Shown: in pieces, positions 59,525 to 61,355 of the stretch
Position numbering within the stretch: position 1 is the stretch's first letter
Layout: each line of letters opens with the position of its first letter
Assembly (NCBI GenBank): GCA_947629035.1
Contig: CANRCE010000003.1
Span: forward strand, 1-61,355
Source: an uncultured Bacilli bacterium
GTDB taxonomy: Bacteria > Bacillota_I > Bacilli_A > RF39 > UBA660
Length of the DNA stretch: 61,355 bases
Direction of reading: 5' to 3'
Position numbers and translations under genes: made by a program
Notes under the pieces: generated by a model
Database searches by the model: none
The model's input: the letters and a program-made list of their open reading frames with translations, nothing else
What the model was told of the DNA's origin: nothing

Positions 59525-61355
59525 ATGGATGGAGAAATTACTCTACCTATTGAAGTCATTGATAATGCCACTAAACAATTAGATAACATTATTAATGAAA
59601 TGAATAAATTCAAAAACACTGCTGAAAAAAGTAAAAAAGTAACTTTTATGGACAAACTTTCAGATGGTGTTGACAGTGCCCTATTAAAATTATCGAAAGG
59701 CGAAAAATTATTAAATAGCTTCGGTCTTAAAACGACTGGAGCTTTTAGTAATTTCGCTTCAGGTAATTATGTTGAAGCCACAACAGCCTTGATGGATATG
59801 TCTGATGAAGCTACTAGATTACAAGGTAGACTAGCATTAGCATTAGACCAAGGTAGTAGTGTAAATGCTTTTAAAGATGAAATAAGAAAAGCCGCTGACG
59901 AAGCTCGTACTAGTTTTGATGCTATAGCAGAAGGTGTTGCAGGTATAGGTTTAGCTTCTGGTGATATGTTTAATGATAAAGAATTATTAGACTTTACTAA
60001 ATCCTTATCTATGTTATATAAGATAGGCGGAGCAACAACAACTGAAACAAAAGCCGCTATGGTTCAAATTAGACAAGCATTAGCAAAAGGTAAATTACAA
60101 GGTGATGAGTTTAAATCATTATCTTCATTACCAGGATTCTTAGATTTAATGGCAAAAGAACTAGGTGTAGCAAAAGGCGAAGTTAAAGAATTAGCAAGTG
60201 AAGGAAAAATTACTGCTGAAGTATTTAAAAATGCTATGTTACATGGGGCTACAGAATTACAAAGTAAGTTAGACACTATTCCAAAAACATTTGGTGATAG
60301 AGTCAATGAAGTAAATAATGCTTTAAAACAATTTCAAAATAAAATAGGTTTATTATTAAATAAATTAGCAAATTCTAAGCCAGTTATTATATTTTTTGAA
60401 GCCTTAAAGAAGACATTTGATAAATTAGTAAATGCCGCTAGAAGGTTAACAAGATTTTTAGATAAATTAATACCTAAAGATATTGCAGACGAGTTTGATG
60501 ATATATCAGACAAGGCTGATAAGTTAGCTAATATATTCGCTACAGCCGTTTTAGTAGTATTAGGCTTAGTTATAGCCAAAGTCGCTTTACTTGGTGCACA
60601 ATTTATCATAATGGGTATACAAGGCTTTATAGGAACTTTTTCAATATTATGGCCACTATATTTACTTATTGCTGTTCTATTGTTAATAGGATATGCAACA
60701 GGTGAATTAGGAAATACATTCCAAGAAGTATTTGGTTTCATTGGTGCCTTTGTAGGAGTTACAATAGCATTAATATGGAACTTATTCTTAGCTTTATTAG
60801 ATTTAATTTTAGGTGTCGTTAATACCTTAGGAAGAGCATGGATGATGTTTGCAAACTTCTTTGGTAACATATTTAATGACCCAATCGCATCTATTATTTA
60901 TTTATTCCGAGATTTAGCAAATACCGTTTTAGGTATATTAAAAGCAATAGCAAGTGCTATTGATAAGTTGTTTGGCTCTAATTTAGCAGGTGCTGTTCAA
61001 GGATGGATGGATGGTGTTGATAATTTAGCTGATAAAGCCGCAAATAAATGGGGTAATGGTTCATACGACGCAGATGAATGGGAAGACATAAAAAGTGAAT
61101 CATTGGGACTATCAAGGATGGATTATGTTGATGCTGGTGTTACTGGTTATAACATTGGTGCTGGTATTGGTAAAGGATTAGACAGTGTATTAGATGGTAG
61201 TTTATTTAGTGATATAAGTGATTTAGGAGATAGTACTGATATGTTTGGTACTGACTTAAATGATTATGATGCAAGTACAGGTACAGGTTCGCTATCAACT
61301 AAATTAGATGACGATACTGTAGATGAATTAAAAGCATTTGCTGAAATTCAATACA
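59525..61355 (+). CDS. tail tape measure protein (partial; 3-prime end outside the window)
   Basis: GAAGGAGGTG RBS. N-terminal tape-measure domain (QIRQALAKGKLQGDEFKSLSSLPGFLDLMAKELGVAKGEVKELASEGKITAEVFKNAM). Hydrophobic central segment. Open to the end of the window. Confidence 0.85.
   Translation, partial: MDGEITLPIEVIDNATKQLDNIINEMNKFKNTAEKSKKVTFMDKLSDGVDSALLKLSKGEKLLNSFGLKTTGAFSNFASGNYVEATTALMDMSDEATRLQGRLALALDQGSSVNAFKDEIRKAADEARTSFDAIAEGVAGIGLASGDMFNDKELLDFTKSLSMLYKIGGATTTETKAAMVQIRQALAKGKLQGDEFKSLSSLPGFLDLMAKELGVAKGEVKELASEGKITAEVFKNAMLHGATELQSKLDTIPKTFGDRVNEVNNALKQFQNKIGLLLNKLANSKPVIIFFEALKKTFDKLVNAARRLTRFLDKLIPKDIADEFDDISDKADKLANIFATAVLVVLGLVIAKVALLGAQFIIMGIQGFIGTFSILWPLYLLIAVLLLIGYATGELGNTFQEVFGFIGAFVGVTIALIWNLFLALLDLILGVVNTLGRAWMMFANFFGNIFNDPIASIIYLFRDLANTVLGILKAIASAIDKLFGSNLAGAVQGWMDGVDNLADKAANKWGNGSYDADEWEDIKSESLGLSRMDYVDAGVTGYNIGAGIGKGLDSVLDGSLFSDISDLGDSTDMFGTDLNDYDASTGTGSLSTKLDDDTVDELKAFAEIQY

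Overview
This 61.4-kb window is very AT-rich and coded almost entirely on the + strand, with tight gene packing and GGAGG-type ribosome-binding sites. I read it as a segment of a large tailed dsDNA phage with a contractile (XkdK/M/N-like) tail. The host is probably a low-GC Bacillota (Clostridia-like) bacterium; that is an inference from the promoter and RBS style, the SpoVS homologue and the tail module. Layout: (1) 0-2.2 kb holds packaging genes: a partial small-terminase candidate and the large terminase. (2) 2.2-28.3 kb is an early/middle region. It holds two small sigma-region-2-like proteins, SNF2 helicase, DnaB-like helicase, primase, a DpdA-like transglycosylase, a gp32-like SSB, family A DNA polymerase, sliding clamp, Cas4-like and resolvase-like nucleases, SpoVS, a RecA-like recombinase, a glycosyltransferase and three clamp-loader subunits. 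It ends with an HD hydrolase / SDR / nucleoside deoxyribosyltransferase / YhhQ-like transporter cluster. (3) 29.1-35.5 kb is a repeat-dense, largely non-coding island. It carries seven small genes behind five near-identical consensus sigma-A-type promoter cassettes (host-takeover-like) and is flanked by AC-rich and GC-rich repeat arrays. (4) 35.5-50.3 kb holds about 35 small accessory genes plus SGNH hydrolase, an ABC-type ATPase, dUTPase, ATP-dependent DNA ligase and a GHKL ATPase. (5) 50.4-50.9 kb holds a tmRNA and a tRNA-Trp. (6) 51-61.4 kb holds a third sigma-like gene, then the head and tail module up to a truncated tape-measure gene. I did not recognise an integrase, portal, lysis genes, CRISPR array or transposase. 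The most notable observations are these. GATC is almost absent and GCWGC appears completely absent, with Ala-Ala systematically encoded as GCC-GCT. There is a candidate salvage-based 7-deazaguanine or nucleotide-pool module. Three promoter-like element classes occur alongside three sigma-like genes. The AC-rich 9-mer array and the 1.6-kb structured non-coding region share exact repeats with a distant locus. The tmRNA appears to encode a non-canonical tag. All functional calls come from motifs read by eye; no database search was possible.
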